Source of the DNA: a virus
Virus genome (UHGV): UHGV-0210088
Strand: one strand, 5' to 3'
DNA: 41,418 nt
Every line of letters begins with the position of its first letter. Position 1 is the first letter of the stretch. Position numbers and translations under genes: made by a program. Positions 23,576-32,303 of this stretch are shown piece by piece. The notes below the pieces were generated by a model. That model did not search any database and had not been told where the DNA came from. It worked only from the letters and a program-made list of their open reading frames with translations.

Positions 23576-23785
23576 ATGACAACAACAGAGTTAGAAACGT
23601 TCTTCGGAACCCCCAACAAGGCAGCTGACTTCTTCGGTGTTTCTCCTGAGGCTTTTTATCAATGGCGAAAACGACCGGGCAGTCTGATCCCAAAAGGTCG
23701 TGCTGCAGAAGCTGCATATCGTACTAATGGGCAGCTTGTTTTTCGACCTGAACTTTACCAAAAGGCTACAGATTCAGCTGCTTGA
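23576..23785 (+). CDS. cro: Cro-like small HTH regulator (YdaS/Cro type)
   Basis: 69 aa, divergent from cI, RBS aggagggtgtATG. FFGVSPEAFYQWRK is the HTH region. Confidence 0.6.
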   Translation: MTTTELETFFGTPNKAADFFGVSPEAFYQWRKRPGSLIPKGRAAEAAYRTNGQLVFRPELYQKATDSAA

Positions 23786-23810
23786 AAGTAACTACAAAAG
23801 GAAAATCAAT

Positions 23811-24272
23811 ATGGTAGAGCCAAACCTCAAAGAAGCCGTCAAAGCGATGTGCAAAGCATATCCAGGTGGGCGCGAAGCAATGGCTGGCGCACTGGGAATG
23901 ACGGTGACGCAGTTTAACAACAACCTTTACGAGAAAAACGGCTGTCGTTTCTTCGAAGTCAGCGAGCTGGAAGCGATGGAAGACATTTCCAACACGTCGT
24001 TACTGGCTGATTACTTCGCTCGCCGCCGTGGGGCTCTGCTGGTGGATGTTCCGCACCTGGAAGAGCTGGATCGCGTGGACTTGTTCAGTCGGGCAATGCG
24101 TACCTCTGCCGCCAGGGGGCAGGTTGATCAGATTATCGAACAGGCGCTTGAAGATGGCGTTATTGAAAGGCACGAGGCCGAAGAAATCATGGTGCATCAC
24201 CGCCGCCACCTGGCAGCTCGGGAAGAAGAGATTGCCGCAATTATCACGTTATTTTCACGCAAAAAGAAGTGA
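23811..24272 (+). CDS. CII-like regulatory protein (family assignment uncertain)
   Basis: Start at MVEPNLKEAVKAMCKAYPGGREAMAGALGMTVTQFNN (RBS aaaaggaaaatcaatATG). Position right after cro. The table's upstream extension overlaps cro. Confidence 0.45.
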   Translation: MVEPNLKEAVKAMCKAYPGGREAMAGALGMTVTQFNNNLYEKNGCRFFEVSELEAMEDISNTSLLADYFARRRGALLVDVPHLEELDRVDLFSRAMRTSAARGQVDQIIEQALEDGVIERHEAEEIMVHHRRHLAAREEEIAAIITLFSRKKK

Positions 24273-24509
24273 CGCCAGCGAGTTGCAGCTCCTGGCGTCG
24301 TGGCGTGTCGTTATCAGTGGAGATTACTAACGCATGAACAGTTTATCAACACAATACCGCAGGTCGCAACTTGTAGCGCGGCCAGTTCCTGGTGGAGCAG
24401 GACCGGTGCAGTTCGTGTATGGGGTAAGAGTACCAGGCGGGTTCGAGCCTGTCTGCTACCAGTTTGCTCAGTGGGTGGTAGGGGACTTTAACGGCCAGGC
24501 GGAGAAAGT

Positions 24510-24689
24510 ATGCGAGAGCTTAACCGATGGTTCAGAGATCACTACGGTGTCCCGGTCAGGGTCATACGCTGGGAGCCCCAGACACAGCGCGTTATATACC
24601 TGCGTGAAGGGTACGAGCATGAATGCTTTAGCCCCCTCGAGCAATTCAGACGTAAATTCAGAGAAATAAAGGACGATCATGAGTACTAA
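24510..24689 (+). CDS. Small ORF (59 aa), translationally coupled to the replication gene
   Basis: GGAGA RBS 5 nt upstream. MRELNRWFRDHYGVPVRVIRWEPQTQRVIYLREGYEHECFSPLEQFRRKFREIKDDHEY. Stop TAA at 24687-89 overlaps the O-like ATG at 24679. Below the 60-aa cut-off of the ORF track. Competes with table ORF 24334..24669. Confidence 0.35.
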   Translation: MRELNRWFRDHYGVPVRVIRWEPQTQRVIYLREGYEHECFSPLEQFRRKFREIKDDHEY

Positions 24690-25647
24690 ATTAACAGGAT
24701 ACGTCTGGGACGCTTGTGCATCTTCGGGGATGAAGCTATCCAGCGTGGCAATCATGGCGCGCCTGGCTGACTTCAGCAACGATGAGGGTGTTTGCTGGCC
24801 TTCTATTGCGACCATATCCCGTCAGATTGGCGCTGGTGAAAGTACTGTCAGAACGGCGATAGCTGCACTTGAGAAAGAGGGGTGGCTCACTCGCACACAG
24901 CGCCGCAACGGCAACCGTAATGCATCGAACGTCTACCAGCTCAACGTTTCCAAACTACAGAAAGCGGCATTTTCTCACCTGTCAGTTTCTGACACATCAA
25001 AATCTGACACGTCAAAATCTGATGCGTCAAAATCTGATGCGTCAAAAATTGACCCCTCAAAATTTGAGGCGTCGGAATCCATCAAAAAAACCAGTTTTGA
25101 CCCGTCAGAATCTGGTGGGGATCCGTCAGTAAAATCAACTACTGATCCATCAGATATAAATCCTTCTTGTCCGGACGCTTCGCAACCGGACGAACAGGGC
25201 TCTGCAGATGAATTTCTGTCACGACATCCTGACGCGGTGGTGTACAGCGCTGCAAAGCGGCAGTGGGGCAGCCAGAACGATTTAACCTGCGCCGAGTTCA
25301 TTTGGGGAAAAATTATCAGCATGTACGAACTGGCTGCTGAAAGTGATGGTGAGGTAGTTCGCCCTAAAGAACCAAACTGGACCGCATGGGCGAATGAGGT
25401 TCGCCTGATGGTGATGCAGGACGGGAGAACCCATAAACAAATTTGCTCACTTTTTAAGCGCGCCAACAAAGATTCGTTCTGGTGTAAAAACGTACTCAGC
25501 CCGTCGAAGCTTCGGGAAAAATGGGATGAGCTGTCGTTAAAACTATCTGCTCCACTCAATAGCTCCCGCCAGGAGTCGTCCATTTCGCGAGCCAGCTTCG
25601 AGGGGGTTGATTACTCATTGCCAGAAAACTCGGGGTTCCGCACATGA
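24679..25647 (+). CDS. Replication initiator, O-like: N-terminal winged-helix DNA-binding domain, SKSDx repeat linker, C-terminal domain
   Basis: MKLSSVAIMARLADFSNDEGVCWPSIATISRQIGAGESTVRTAIAALEKEGWL is the replisome-organizer-type N-terminus. Internal 15-bp DNA iterons. Position between cII and the nin-type genes. Confidence 0.65.
   Translation: MSTKLTGYVWDACASSGMKLSSVAIMARLADFSNDEGVCWPSIATISRQIGAGESTVRTAIAALEKEGWLTRTQRRNGNRNASNVYQLNVSKLQKAAFSHLSVSDTSKSDTSKSDASKSDASKIDPSKFEASESIKKTSFDPSESGGDPSVKSTTDPSDINPSCPDASQPDEQGSADEFLSRHPDAVVYSAAKRQWGSQNDLTCAEFIWGKIISMYELAAESDGEVVRPKEPNWTAWANEVRLMVMQDGRTHKQICSLFKRANKDSFWCKNVLSPSKLREKWDELSLKLSAPLNSSRQESSISRASFEGVDYSLPENSGFRT
24981..25110. repeat. Putative replication-origin iterons inside the initiator gene
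   Basis: Five tandem 15-bp units TCAAAATCTGAYRCG (24997-25071) with degenerate flanking copies, followed by the A-rich tract ATCAAAAAAACC. They encode the SKSD(T/A) repeats. Confidence 0.5.
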
Positions 25648-26453
25648 GCAAGCCATTTCTCAAATGGGCTGGTGGAAAGTATACCCAGCTGGCTGACCTG
25701 TTCGTACATATCCCGGCAGGAAAACGCCTGATAGAGCCATTCGTTGGTGGTGGGGCGGTGTTCCTGAACAGCGATAAGCACGCAGATTACCTGCTGGCGG
25801 ACGTTAACCCGGACCTGATTAATCTGTATCAGATGTTAGCGGTGGTGCCGGATGAAGTGGAATTAAAGGCCCGCTGGATGTTCGAGCACATGCGGTCACC
25901 AGATGGTTATGAGCTGATCCGTTCCGAGTTCAACGCTCAGACGCTGGATGCTACTGAACGCGCAGCTGCATTCCTGTATCTCAACCGGCATTGCTTCAAT
26001 GGCCTGATGCGCTACAACCAGGCGAACAAATTCAATGTGGGCTGGGGAGGCTACAAGGCTCCGTATTACCCGATGGATGAGATGATAGCCTTCGCGGCTA
26101 TGGCGCCTAACTGCGTATTCATGACCGCTGACTACCGCCGAACTATCAGCCTGGCCGGGAAAGGGGATGTGGTTTACTGCGATCCGCCTTACGAACCGAT
26201 GCCGGGAACAGCCGGATTCACTGCCTACGCCGCTGGTGGGTTTAACTGGGAGAACCAGGTAGACCTGGCGAAGCAATGTGTATCAGCCTTTCACCGTGGG
26301 GCTCGGGTAGTCATTTCTAACTCATCCGCCCCGAAGGTTCTCGACCTGTACCGGGAGCATGGTTTTAACCTGCAATTCATCAAAGCGCGCCGTTCGATCT
26401 CCTGCAAAAGCAGTACGCGGGAAGTCGCAAAAGACGTTGTAGCGATCCTTTAA
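25644..26453 (+). CDS. dam: DNA adenine methyltransferase (Dam-like, D12 class N6-MTase)
   Basis: 269 aa. LKWAGGKY N-terminus and catalytic DPPY (VYCDPPYEP). Overlaps the previous stop. Confidence 0.85.
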   Translation: MSKPFLKWAGGKYTQLADLFVHIPAGKRLIEPFVGGGAVFLNSDKHADYLLADVNPDLINLYQMLAVVPDEVELKARWMFEHMRSPDGYELIRSEFNAQTLDATERAAAFLYLNRHCFNGLMRYNQANKFNVGWGGYKAPYYPMDEMIAFAAMAPNCVFMTADYRRTISLAGKGDVVYCDPPYEPMPGTAGFTAYAAGGFNWENQVDLAKQCVSAFHRGARVVISNSSAPKVLDLYREHGFNLQFIKARRSISCKSSTREVAKDVVAIL

Positions 26454-26462
26454 GGGGGCTAA

Positions 26463-26840
26463 ATGAAACTGACTTTACCATTTCCACCGAGCGTAAATAG
26501 TTACTGGCGCGCCCCGAGTAAGGGACCGCTGAAAGGCAGGCATCTGGTAAGCGAGACAGGGCGCAAGTTCCAGCAGGCAGCGAGAGCGGCGATTATTGAG
26601 CAACTGCGGGCCGTTCCCCGGCCATCCTCTGATCTGGCCGAGGTTCACATAGTGTTGTATCCGCCGGATCAGCGCCGCCGGGATATCGATAACTACAACA
26701 AAGCGCTGTTCGATGCCCTGACTCTAACAGGCGTCTGGGAAGACGACAGTCAGGTTAAGCGCATGCTGGTTGAGTGGGGGAACATCGTGAAGAAAGGGAA
26801 AGTAGAAATCACCATCCGACGTTTTCGTACAGCTGCCTGA
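26463..26840 (+). CDS. rusA: RusA Holliday-junction resolvase
   Basis: 125 aa with PPSVNSYW and DIDNYNKALFDAL motifs. Confidence 0.85.
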   Translation: MKLTLPFPPSVNSYWRAPSKGPLKGRHLVSETGRKFQQAARAAIIEQLRAVPRPSSDLAEVHIVLYPPDQRRRDIDNYNKALFDALTLTGVWEDDSQVKRMLVEWGNIVKKGKVEITIRRFRTAA

Positions 26841-26852
26841 CGTGGAGATGAT

Positions 26853-27833
26853 ATGAGAGCACTACTAACCCCTGAGATTGCCCCACGCATGGGCGTTGTT
26901 CTTCTTCGCCCAGGTGCTGATCTCATGCCGATGTTCAGGAGAGGGCGGGTACTGATTGAGCCTGCACCGGAAAAATACAGCGACTACGCAACCGGCGCCA
27001 TCCCTCCCGCCACGCAGCCACTGGCAGAAGACCCGGTTTTGAAGCCAGTATTCGAAAACAAAGACGTCATTCTGCGCGCGGGTGGTATTAGCTCGCTGGA
27101 GGCCGAGCTGGAGCGTCGTTTTGAATGCCAGTATCCGCACGGCTCGTGGCACAGCGAAAATTTTACGCTGTTCCGGCATGAGCCTGGCAGCATCCGCCTT
27201 TGCTGGGCCTGCGATAACCTGGTGCGTGATCAGTACACAGAGACACTGGCAGGCATTGCGCGTGGGAACCTGGTATCCTGGCTGATAACGGTCATCCGCT
27301 CACAGCTGGGGTTCAACGAAGACCATCAACTGACGATCCCCGAGTTGTGCTGGTGGCTGGTAATAAACAATCTGGCGCACGTCATCCCTGAATCGCTGGC
27401 CCGGAAAGCCCTGCGATTGCCGGAAATAAAGCATCAACCGGTGATGAAGGAGAGCGATATTGTGCCGGAGCCAGCGGCGAGCGAAGTGGTGCAGAAAAAG
27501 ATTCTCGGTCTTCGCGTAGATCCTGAAACGCCGGAATCATTTATGCTGCGACCAAAGCGCCGCCGCTGGGTAAACGAGAGCTGGACGCGCTGGGTTAAGT
27601 CTCAGTCGTGTGTCTGCTGTAACAAACAAGCAGATGATCCCCATCACCTGATAGGCCACGGACAAGGTGGAATGGGAACAAAAGCGCATGACCTGTTTGT
27701 GTTGCCGCTTTGCAGAGCGCATCACGACGAGTTGCACGCTGACACCGTGGCATTTGAGGAGAAGCACGGCTCACAGCTGGAGCTGCTGTTTCGATTTCTG
27801 GATCGTTCGCTGGCAATTGGCGTGCTGGCATAG
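26853..27833 (+). CDS. DUF968/NinG-like protein with an HNH-type Cys/His C-terminal motif
   Basis: 326 aa. The C-terminus has CVCCNKQADDPHHLIGHGQGGMGTKAHDLFVLPLCRAHHDELH. Nin-region position between rusA and Q. Confidence 0.5.
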   Translation: MRALLTPEIAPRMGVVLLRPGADLMPMFRRGRVLIEPAPEKYSDYATGAIPPATQPLAEDPVLKPVFENKDVILRAGGISSLEAELERRFECQYPHGSWHSENFTLFRHEPGSIRLCWACDNLVRDQYTETLAGIARGNLVSWLITVIRSQLGFNEDHQLTIPELCWWLVINNLAHVIPESLARKALRLPEIKHQPVMKESDIVPEPAASEVVQKKILGLRVDPETPESFMLRPKRRRWVNESWTRWVKSQSCVCCNKQADDPHHLIGHGQGGMGTKAHDLFVLPLCRAHHDELHADTVAFEEKHGSQLELLFRFLDRSLAIGVLA

Positions 27834-27846
27834 TGGAGAACGCATA

Positions 27847-28425
27847 ATGATTAACCCGTCCGAGGTTGGAAAAGCTGGTGAAATGGTCAGGCTGAAAACG
27901 CTGGAGGCCATCTGGATTCAGGGGAAGCTGCGCATGTGGGGCCGCTGGTCTTACATCGGCGGCGGTAGTGGCGGCAATATGTTTAACCAGTTACTGGCTT
28001 CCGGGAAAGTCACTAAAACAGCCATCAACGAAGCATTACGCCGGATGAAGAAGTCTGGCATCTCGAAGCCAGAACTGGAGGCGTTCTTTCGTGAAATACT
28101 CGCGGGGAAAAACAAAAGCGGCCTGGCTTTCTGCACAGACGATGAGGGACTGCTGATTGATAAGGTACTGGGGGCAGTCCTCATTACGGGTGGTCACAAA
28201 GAGCTATACCACCTGCTGGTGGAGCATTACCGGTTACGGAAGAGCAAACGCCGCATAGCGGAAGAGCTCTATGAAAAGCATCCCGACTGGTGCTTTATGA
28301 CCTGTAGACGCAGAGTTGATACGTGGCTAAGTTTGGCAGAATCGATGCTGTACGCACCAATGTGTGACGCATTCGGCACAAATGGCGACAGATTTTACTT
28401 GCAAAGTGAGCCAGAAACTGCTTGA
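27847..28425 (+). CDS. Q: Late-gene antiterminator, Q-like
   Basis: 192 aa from MINPSEVGKAG with a GGAG RBS. It is the last early gene before a strong terminator and the lysis cassette. Family resemblance to 82-type Q is moderate. Confidence 0.55.
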   Translation: MINPSEVGKAGEMVRLKTLEAIWIQGKLRMWGRWSYIGGGSGGNMFNQLLASGKVTKTAINEALRRMKKSGISKPELEAFFREILAGKNKSGLAFCTDDEGLLIDKVLGAVLITGGHKELYHLLVEHYRLRKSKRRIAEELYEKHPDWCFMTCRRRVDTWLSLAESMLYAPMCDAFGTNGDRFYLQSEPETA

Positions 28426-28480
28426 ATTGTGATAGGCTCGGGACGTTAAAGCGAACTGAGCAGCATGAAATAAATTAAAG

Positions 28481-28514
28481 GCCCAAGGCTAACCCCCTTG
28501 GGCTTTGTCATTTC
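28481..28514 (+). terminator. tR'-like intrinsic terminator downstream of Q
   Basis: GCCCAAGG-ctaaccc-CCTTGGGC followed by TTTGTCATTTC, 56 nt after the Q stop. Confidence 0.6.
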
Positions 28515-28594
28515 TGCACTCTGGTCAGGGCTCTTGGGTAGAGACGTGCTGCACGATACGTTAAAGCCCTCTGCGCAGAGCCCTGAACCAGATT

Positions 28595-28670
28595 GCTGGT
28601 TTAGCTCAGAAGGTAGAGCGCCTGCCTTGTAAGCAGGATGTCGGCGGTTCGATTCCGTCAACCAGCACCA
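28595..28670 (+). tRNA. tRNA-Thr (anticodon UGU), phage-encoded
   Basis: Full cloverleaf. Acceptor GCTGGTT/AACCAGC. D-arm GCTC-AGAAGGTA-GAGC. Anticodon stem CCTGC/GCAGG with loop CTTGTAA (anticodon TGT). Variable loop ATGTC. T-arm GGCGG-TTCGATT-CCGTC. Discriminator A plus CCA. Confidence 0.75.
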
Positions 28671-28737
28671 GAACGGCAGAGGGGCCAGCGTCTGAAGCGA
28701 ATCCCGATCACAATGCGTAACTTATCTAGGGGACGCT

Positions 28738-28995
28738 ATGCAGCAACCATATTTTTTTAACCCGGGCATGACCACTCAACAGCTTGAAGACTGGCTTGGG
28801 CAACAGAAAATCTATCTTGCCCACTTCAACCGTCTGATAGCAGAAAAAGCCGCTCTTGAGGAGCGGCTGAGTCAGATCTCTGCGGAGATTGGGCGAGTCG
28901 CTACTGGTAGCTTTGAAGGAATACTGAGTTTTCCCTGGGATCCCAGTCCTCTTGTGGAAAATCCTCAACAGGATAGTGGCCAGTCGGCAGATTGA
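28738..28995 (+). CDS. Hypothetical small protein (85 aa)
   Basis: RBS ctaggggacgctATG. Helical-looking sequence. Its 3' end overlaps by 95 nt the convergent ORF 28901..29374, so only one of the two may be real. Confidence 0.35.
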   Translation: MQQPYFFNPGMTTQQLEDWLGQQKIYLAHFNRLIAEKAALEERLSQISAEIGRVATGSFEGILSFPWDPSPLVENPQQDSGQSAD

Positions 28996-29374
28996 GTGAC
29001 GCCAGGACAGCGGCAGCATCTTCTGACATATAACTGGGCTTTAGTTGACTGGCAATGATAAAGAGACAGTCGTTTAGCGAGAGTCTTCTAATCTCTTCAG
29101 GTTTCCACTTGGTCATTTCGAAGATAAGGTGATGAAGAGCCTTATCGTTATCAAGATAATAATAATCCGATGAAAAATGTTTCCTGTACTCATCGAGAAT
29201 ACATTCAAGAGTGAATATTTGTCCTATTCGATACCAAACCTGCCTGGCTCTGTAACTGTGTGAGTCTGCCAGTAATGTTTGGGGGAAGTTGTTATTTTGG
29301 CAAACCCGTGACTTGATTACCTGTAAAAGGTCTGAGTACTTACTCATATTTTCACCAGTTGATGTTTTAATCAT
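28901..29374 (-). CDS. AT-rich hypothetical cargo protein (157 aa, or 148 aa from Met-10)
   Basis: GC is about 38%. No recognisable motif. Sits between the phage tRNA and an IS481-type transposase gene at the Q-lysis junction. Confidence 0.4.
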   Translation of the reverse strand: MIKTSTGENMSKYSDLLQVIKSRVCQNNNFPQTLLADSHSYRARQVWYRIGQIFTLECILDEYRKHFSSDYYYLDNDKALHHLIFEMTKWKPEEIRRLSLNDCLFIIASQLKPSYMSEDAAAVLASLNLPTGHYPVEDFPQEDWDPRENSVFLQSYQ

Positions 29375-29577
29375 TTGCGAATCAATTTTATCAAAGAGAA
29401 AAACAAGCCTCTACACGCTGATAACATCAGGCTGGGCGATACCTCAGACAAGCAGAGTATGTGTAAGTTCACACAGATATTGCAATTGCCTCAGAACACT
29501 AAAGGAGGGATTGCCAGATGTTGATGCAGCATATCGGTGTCGGCTATTTTGGGTATTACCGAGCAACTGCTTATGCG

Positions 29578-30564
29578 ATGAAACACTCTCTTATGCCCGA
29601 GATTGCGAAGTTAAGAATGAAGGCTCTGAACTTCTGGGATAAGCACGGGATCCGTGCCGCAGCTGATGCTTTTGACGTATCAACGCGAACACTCTACTGG
29701 TGGCGCCGGTTACTGCGCACCGGTGGTCCAGAAGCACTAATTCCAAGAAGCAAAGCCCCTCTGGTTCGCCGTTCAAGGCACTGGCATCCTGATGTACTCA
29801 AGGAGATCAGGCGTCTGAGAACTGAGTTACCCAATCTCGGCAAAGAGCAGATTTTTGTCAGGCTGAAACCATGGTGTGAAGCGCGGCATTTTACCTGTCC
29901 CAGCACGTCAACCATTGGAAGAATCATTGCTGGTGCTCACGATAAAATGCGGATGATCCCCGTACGCCTCAGCGCCAGGGGCAAAGCCCGGTTGATAAAA
30001 AAACGCTCAGTGAAGCCCAGAAGACCAAAACAATACCGCCCGGTAAAAACAGGCGAACTCATAGGGATGGACGCGATTGAACTCAGGATGGGAGACCTAC
30101 GCCGCTATATCATTACCATGATCGACGAGCACAGCGACTATGCGCTGGCCCTGGCGGTCCCTTCACTCAACAGCGATATTACCAGCCATTTCTTCAGCAA
30201 GGCCACAAAGCTCTTTCCTGTCGCTATCAGACAAGTTGTCACTGACAACGGTAAGGAGTTCCTCGGTAACTTTGATAAAACGCTACAGGAAGCCTCGATT
30301 AAACACATCTGGACCTATCCGTACACACCGAAAATGAATGCGACCTGTGAGCGATTTAACCGGACACTTAGAGAACAATTTATTGAATTCAATGAATTGT
30401 TGCTTTTTGAGGACCTGAATCTGTTTAATCAAAGAATGGCTGAATATCTGGTGCTGTATAACAGCAAAAGGCCACATAAATCACTCGAACTGATGACGCC
30501 AGTGGACTATATTTTACGTGAGAGTAAAAATTGCAATATGTGGTGGACCCATACAGAGTATTGA
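29578..30564 (+). mobile_element. IS481-family (rve/DDE) transposase gene; element boundaries not resolved
   Basis: N-terminal HTH (LRMKALNFWDKHGIRAAADAFDVSTRTLYWWRR) then an integrase-core DDE region (GMDAIEL...TDNGKEF...E, ...NSKRPHKSL). The table ORF starts at 29518; the likely start is MKHSL. I could not find matching terminal inverted repeats. Confidence 0.65.
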
Positions 30565-30863
30565 AACCTGAAAGACTGAATGTTAAATTTCTGGTGTGGT
30601 GAATCCCCCTATGCGGAGGGGCGACCAGTCAGTTACAGAACCTGTAAATGCAGCGCGGGCCATGCCGACTGGGGCATGCTCACCGGGAGGCACCCGGCAC
30701 CACGCAATGCCACTAAGCTATTTGGTAGTGGGGTTGTCGTTTCGGCTTCTCCAGCTATGTTTAAAAGGTAGTAACGGAAAAATGAGCGCTCTCCTGGTAA
30801 ATCGGTAGCTCGGACTATTAGGTGCGTCTCGATCCGGTACAGAATCAGTATTGCCTACATTTC

Positions 30864-30890
30864 TGCCCGTTCCTCTGAGCGGGCTTTTTT
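30864..30890 (+). terminator. Rho-independent terminator upstream of the lysis cassette
   Basis: GCCCG-N10-CGGGC followed by TTTTTTT. A second hairpin lies at about 30940-30965. Confidence 0.55.
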
Positions 30891-31010
30891 TCGCCATGAA
30901 TAAGGCGCCTCGGAAAGCTGAGGTACAAATCATTTGAGGCTGCGCTTATGCGCGGCCTTTTCTTTTTCCCCTCAATTCTGAGAGGACTCACAGCAATAAG
31001 AGGGGGCTAA

Positions 31011-31406
31011 ATGTCCGATCCTGTTTCTGGCACAACGGTAGCTGCTGGCGGGCTGATGGGGGCCAGTATGTTCGGCCTTGCAACTGGCATTGATTATGGC
31101 GTGGTATTTGGTGCGTTCGCTGGGGCAGTGTTCTATGTCGCTACGGCAGTAAATATCAGCCGCCTAAAGCTGGTGGGCTACTTCATAACTTCATTCATCT
31201 TCGGTGTGATTGGTGCTCCTCTGCTGGGGTCTTACTTCTCAAAGTGGACGGGGTACAGTGACAGGCCGCTTGATGCACTAGGTGCTGTAATCGTTGCAGC
31301 CATCGCCATTAAATTGCTGACGTTCGTTAACAGTCAGGATCTGGGTAGCCTGTTTGGGATTCTCTCTCGCTTACGTGGAGGAGGGACAAGCAATGGTAAC
31401 AAGTGA
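31011..31406 (+). CDS. Holin (multi-TM)
   Basis: 131 aa with 3-4 hydrophobic helices and a charged C-terminus, first gene of the lysis cassette. Confidence 0.6.
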   Translation: MSDPVSGTTVAAGGLMGASMFGLATGIDYGVVFGAFAGAVFYVATAVNISRLKLVGYFITSFIFGVIGAPLLGSYFSKWTGYSDRPLDALGAVIVAAIAIKLLTFVNSQDLGSLFGILSRLRGGGTSNGNK

Positions 31407-31674
31407 TCCGAGCGCAATCGTCAATGCGGTGATATGCGCTGTAATTGTTGGGGCGTTGATGTTCTACCGGCGCGACGGGTCAAGACACCGCCCCATGATA
31501 TCGCTGATGGCTTACTTCACTGTGCTGGTTTATGCCAGCATCCCTTTCCGTTTCCTGTTTGGCTTGTACGAGTCATCCCACTGGCTGGTGGTACTGGCAA
31601 ACATTCTTATCTGCGGCGCGGTTCTCTGGTTCAGGGGGAATATAGCGCGTCTGGTTGATGCACTGAGGCACTAA
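31393..31674 (+). CDS. Second small membrane protein of the lysis cassette (holin/antiholin-like)
   Basis: Start at MVTSDP with a GGAGGG RBS. Two to three TM helices. Its stop overlaps the endolysin start. Confidence 0.45.
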   Translation: MVTSDPSAIVNAVICAVIVGALMFYRRDGSRHRPMISLMAYFTVLVYASIPFRFLFGLYESSHWLVVLANILICGAVLWFRGNIARLVDALRH

Positions 31675-32303
31675 TGAATCAAACACAATTCCAGAAGGCG
31701 GCTGGCATCAGCGCCGGGTTAGCTGCGCGCTGGTTTCCGCATATTACAGCCGCGATGAAAGAGTTTGGCATAACAGCAGCTATCGATCAGGCGATGTTCA
31801 TTGCCCAGGTAGGGCATGAAAGCACGGGATTTACCCAGCTTGTTGAGAGCTTCAATTATAGCGTGGCCGGGTTGAATAGTTTTGTCCGCGCCGGGCGGTT
31901 GACGCAGGGTCAGGCTAATTCGCTCGGCCGCCGTCAGGGTGAGCCCTCTTTGCCACTGGAGAGGCAAAGAGCGATCGCCAACCTGGTGTACAGCAAACGC
32001 ATGGGTAATAACGGGGCAACAGACGGCTGGTTTTACCGAGGGCGTGGGCTCATCCAGATCACCGGCCTGAACAATTACCGCGACTGCGGGAATGCTCTGA
32101 AGATTGATCTGGTTAAACAGCCTGAATTGCTGGCCCAGGATGAGTATGCGGCGCGCAGTGCTGCTTGGTTCTATGCCTCACGCGGCTGTTTGCGTTATCC
32201 CGGTGACCTTGCACGCGTCACGCAGATTATCAACGGCGGACAGAACGGCATAGATGACCGGCGCGCCCGCTTCCTGAAAGCAAAAGCGGTACTGGTGGTG
32301 TGA
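31674..32303 (+). CDS. Endolysin, glycoside hydrolase family 19 (chitinase-like lysozyme)
   Basis: 209 aa with FIAQVGHESTGF ... YRGRGLIQITGLNNY, hallmark GH19 endolysin motifs. Confidence 0.8.
   Translation: MNQTQFQKAAGISAGLAARWFPHITAAMKEFGITAAIDQAMFIAQVGHESTGFTQLVESFNYSVAGLNSFVRAGRLTQGQANSLGRRQGEPSLPLERQRAIANLVYSKRMGNNGATDGWFYRGRGLIQITGLNNYRDCGNALKIDLVKQPELLAQDEYAARSAAWFYASRGCLRYPGDLARVTQIINGGQNGIDDRRARFLKAKAVLVV

Noticed and set aside
24425-24465. tRNA-like T-arm/CCA string (caGGCGGGTTCGAGCCtgtctgctaCCA)
   Set aside because: The loop is 8 nt, there is no complementary 5' acceptor strand upstream and no D or anticodon arms. It is not a tRNA or a clear att core.
24334-24669. 111-aa ORF from the track between cII-like and O-like genes
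   Set aside because: Weak RBS (GGAG 11 nt upstream). It is out of frame with, and overlapped by, a better-supported coupled 59-aa ORF. Kept only as an alternative.
24981-25110. Tandem short repeats considered as a CRISPR-like or VNTR array
   Set aside because: The units are contiguous 15-mers without spacers, they lie inside the replication gene and preserve its frame. They are iterons/coding repeats, not CRISPR.
28446-28661. 71-aa minus-strand ORF
   Set aside because: It lies antisense across the tRNA-Thr gene and the tR' hairpin. It starts with TTG inside the tRNA T-arm. It is an artefact of the structured RNA region.
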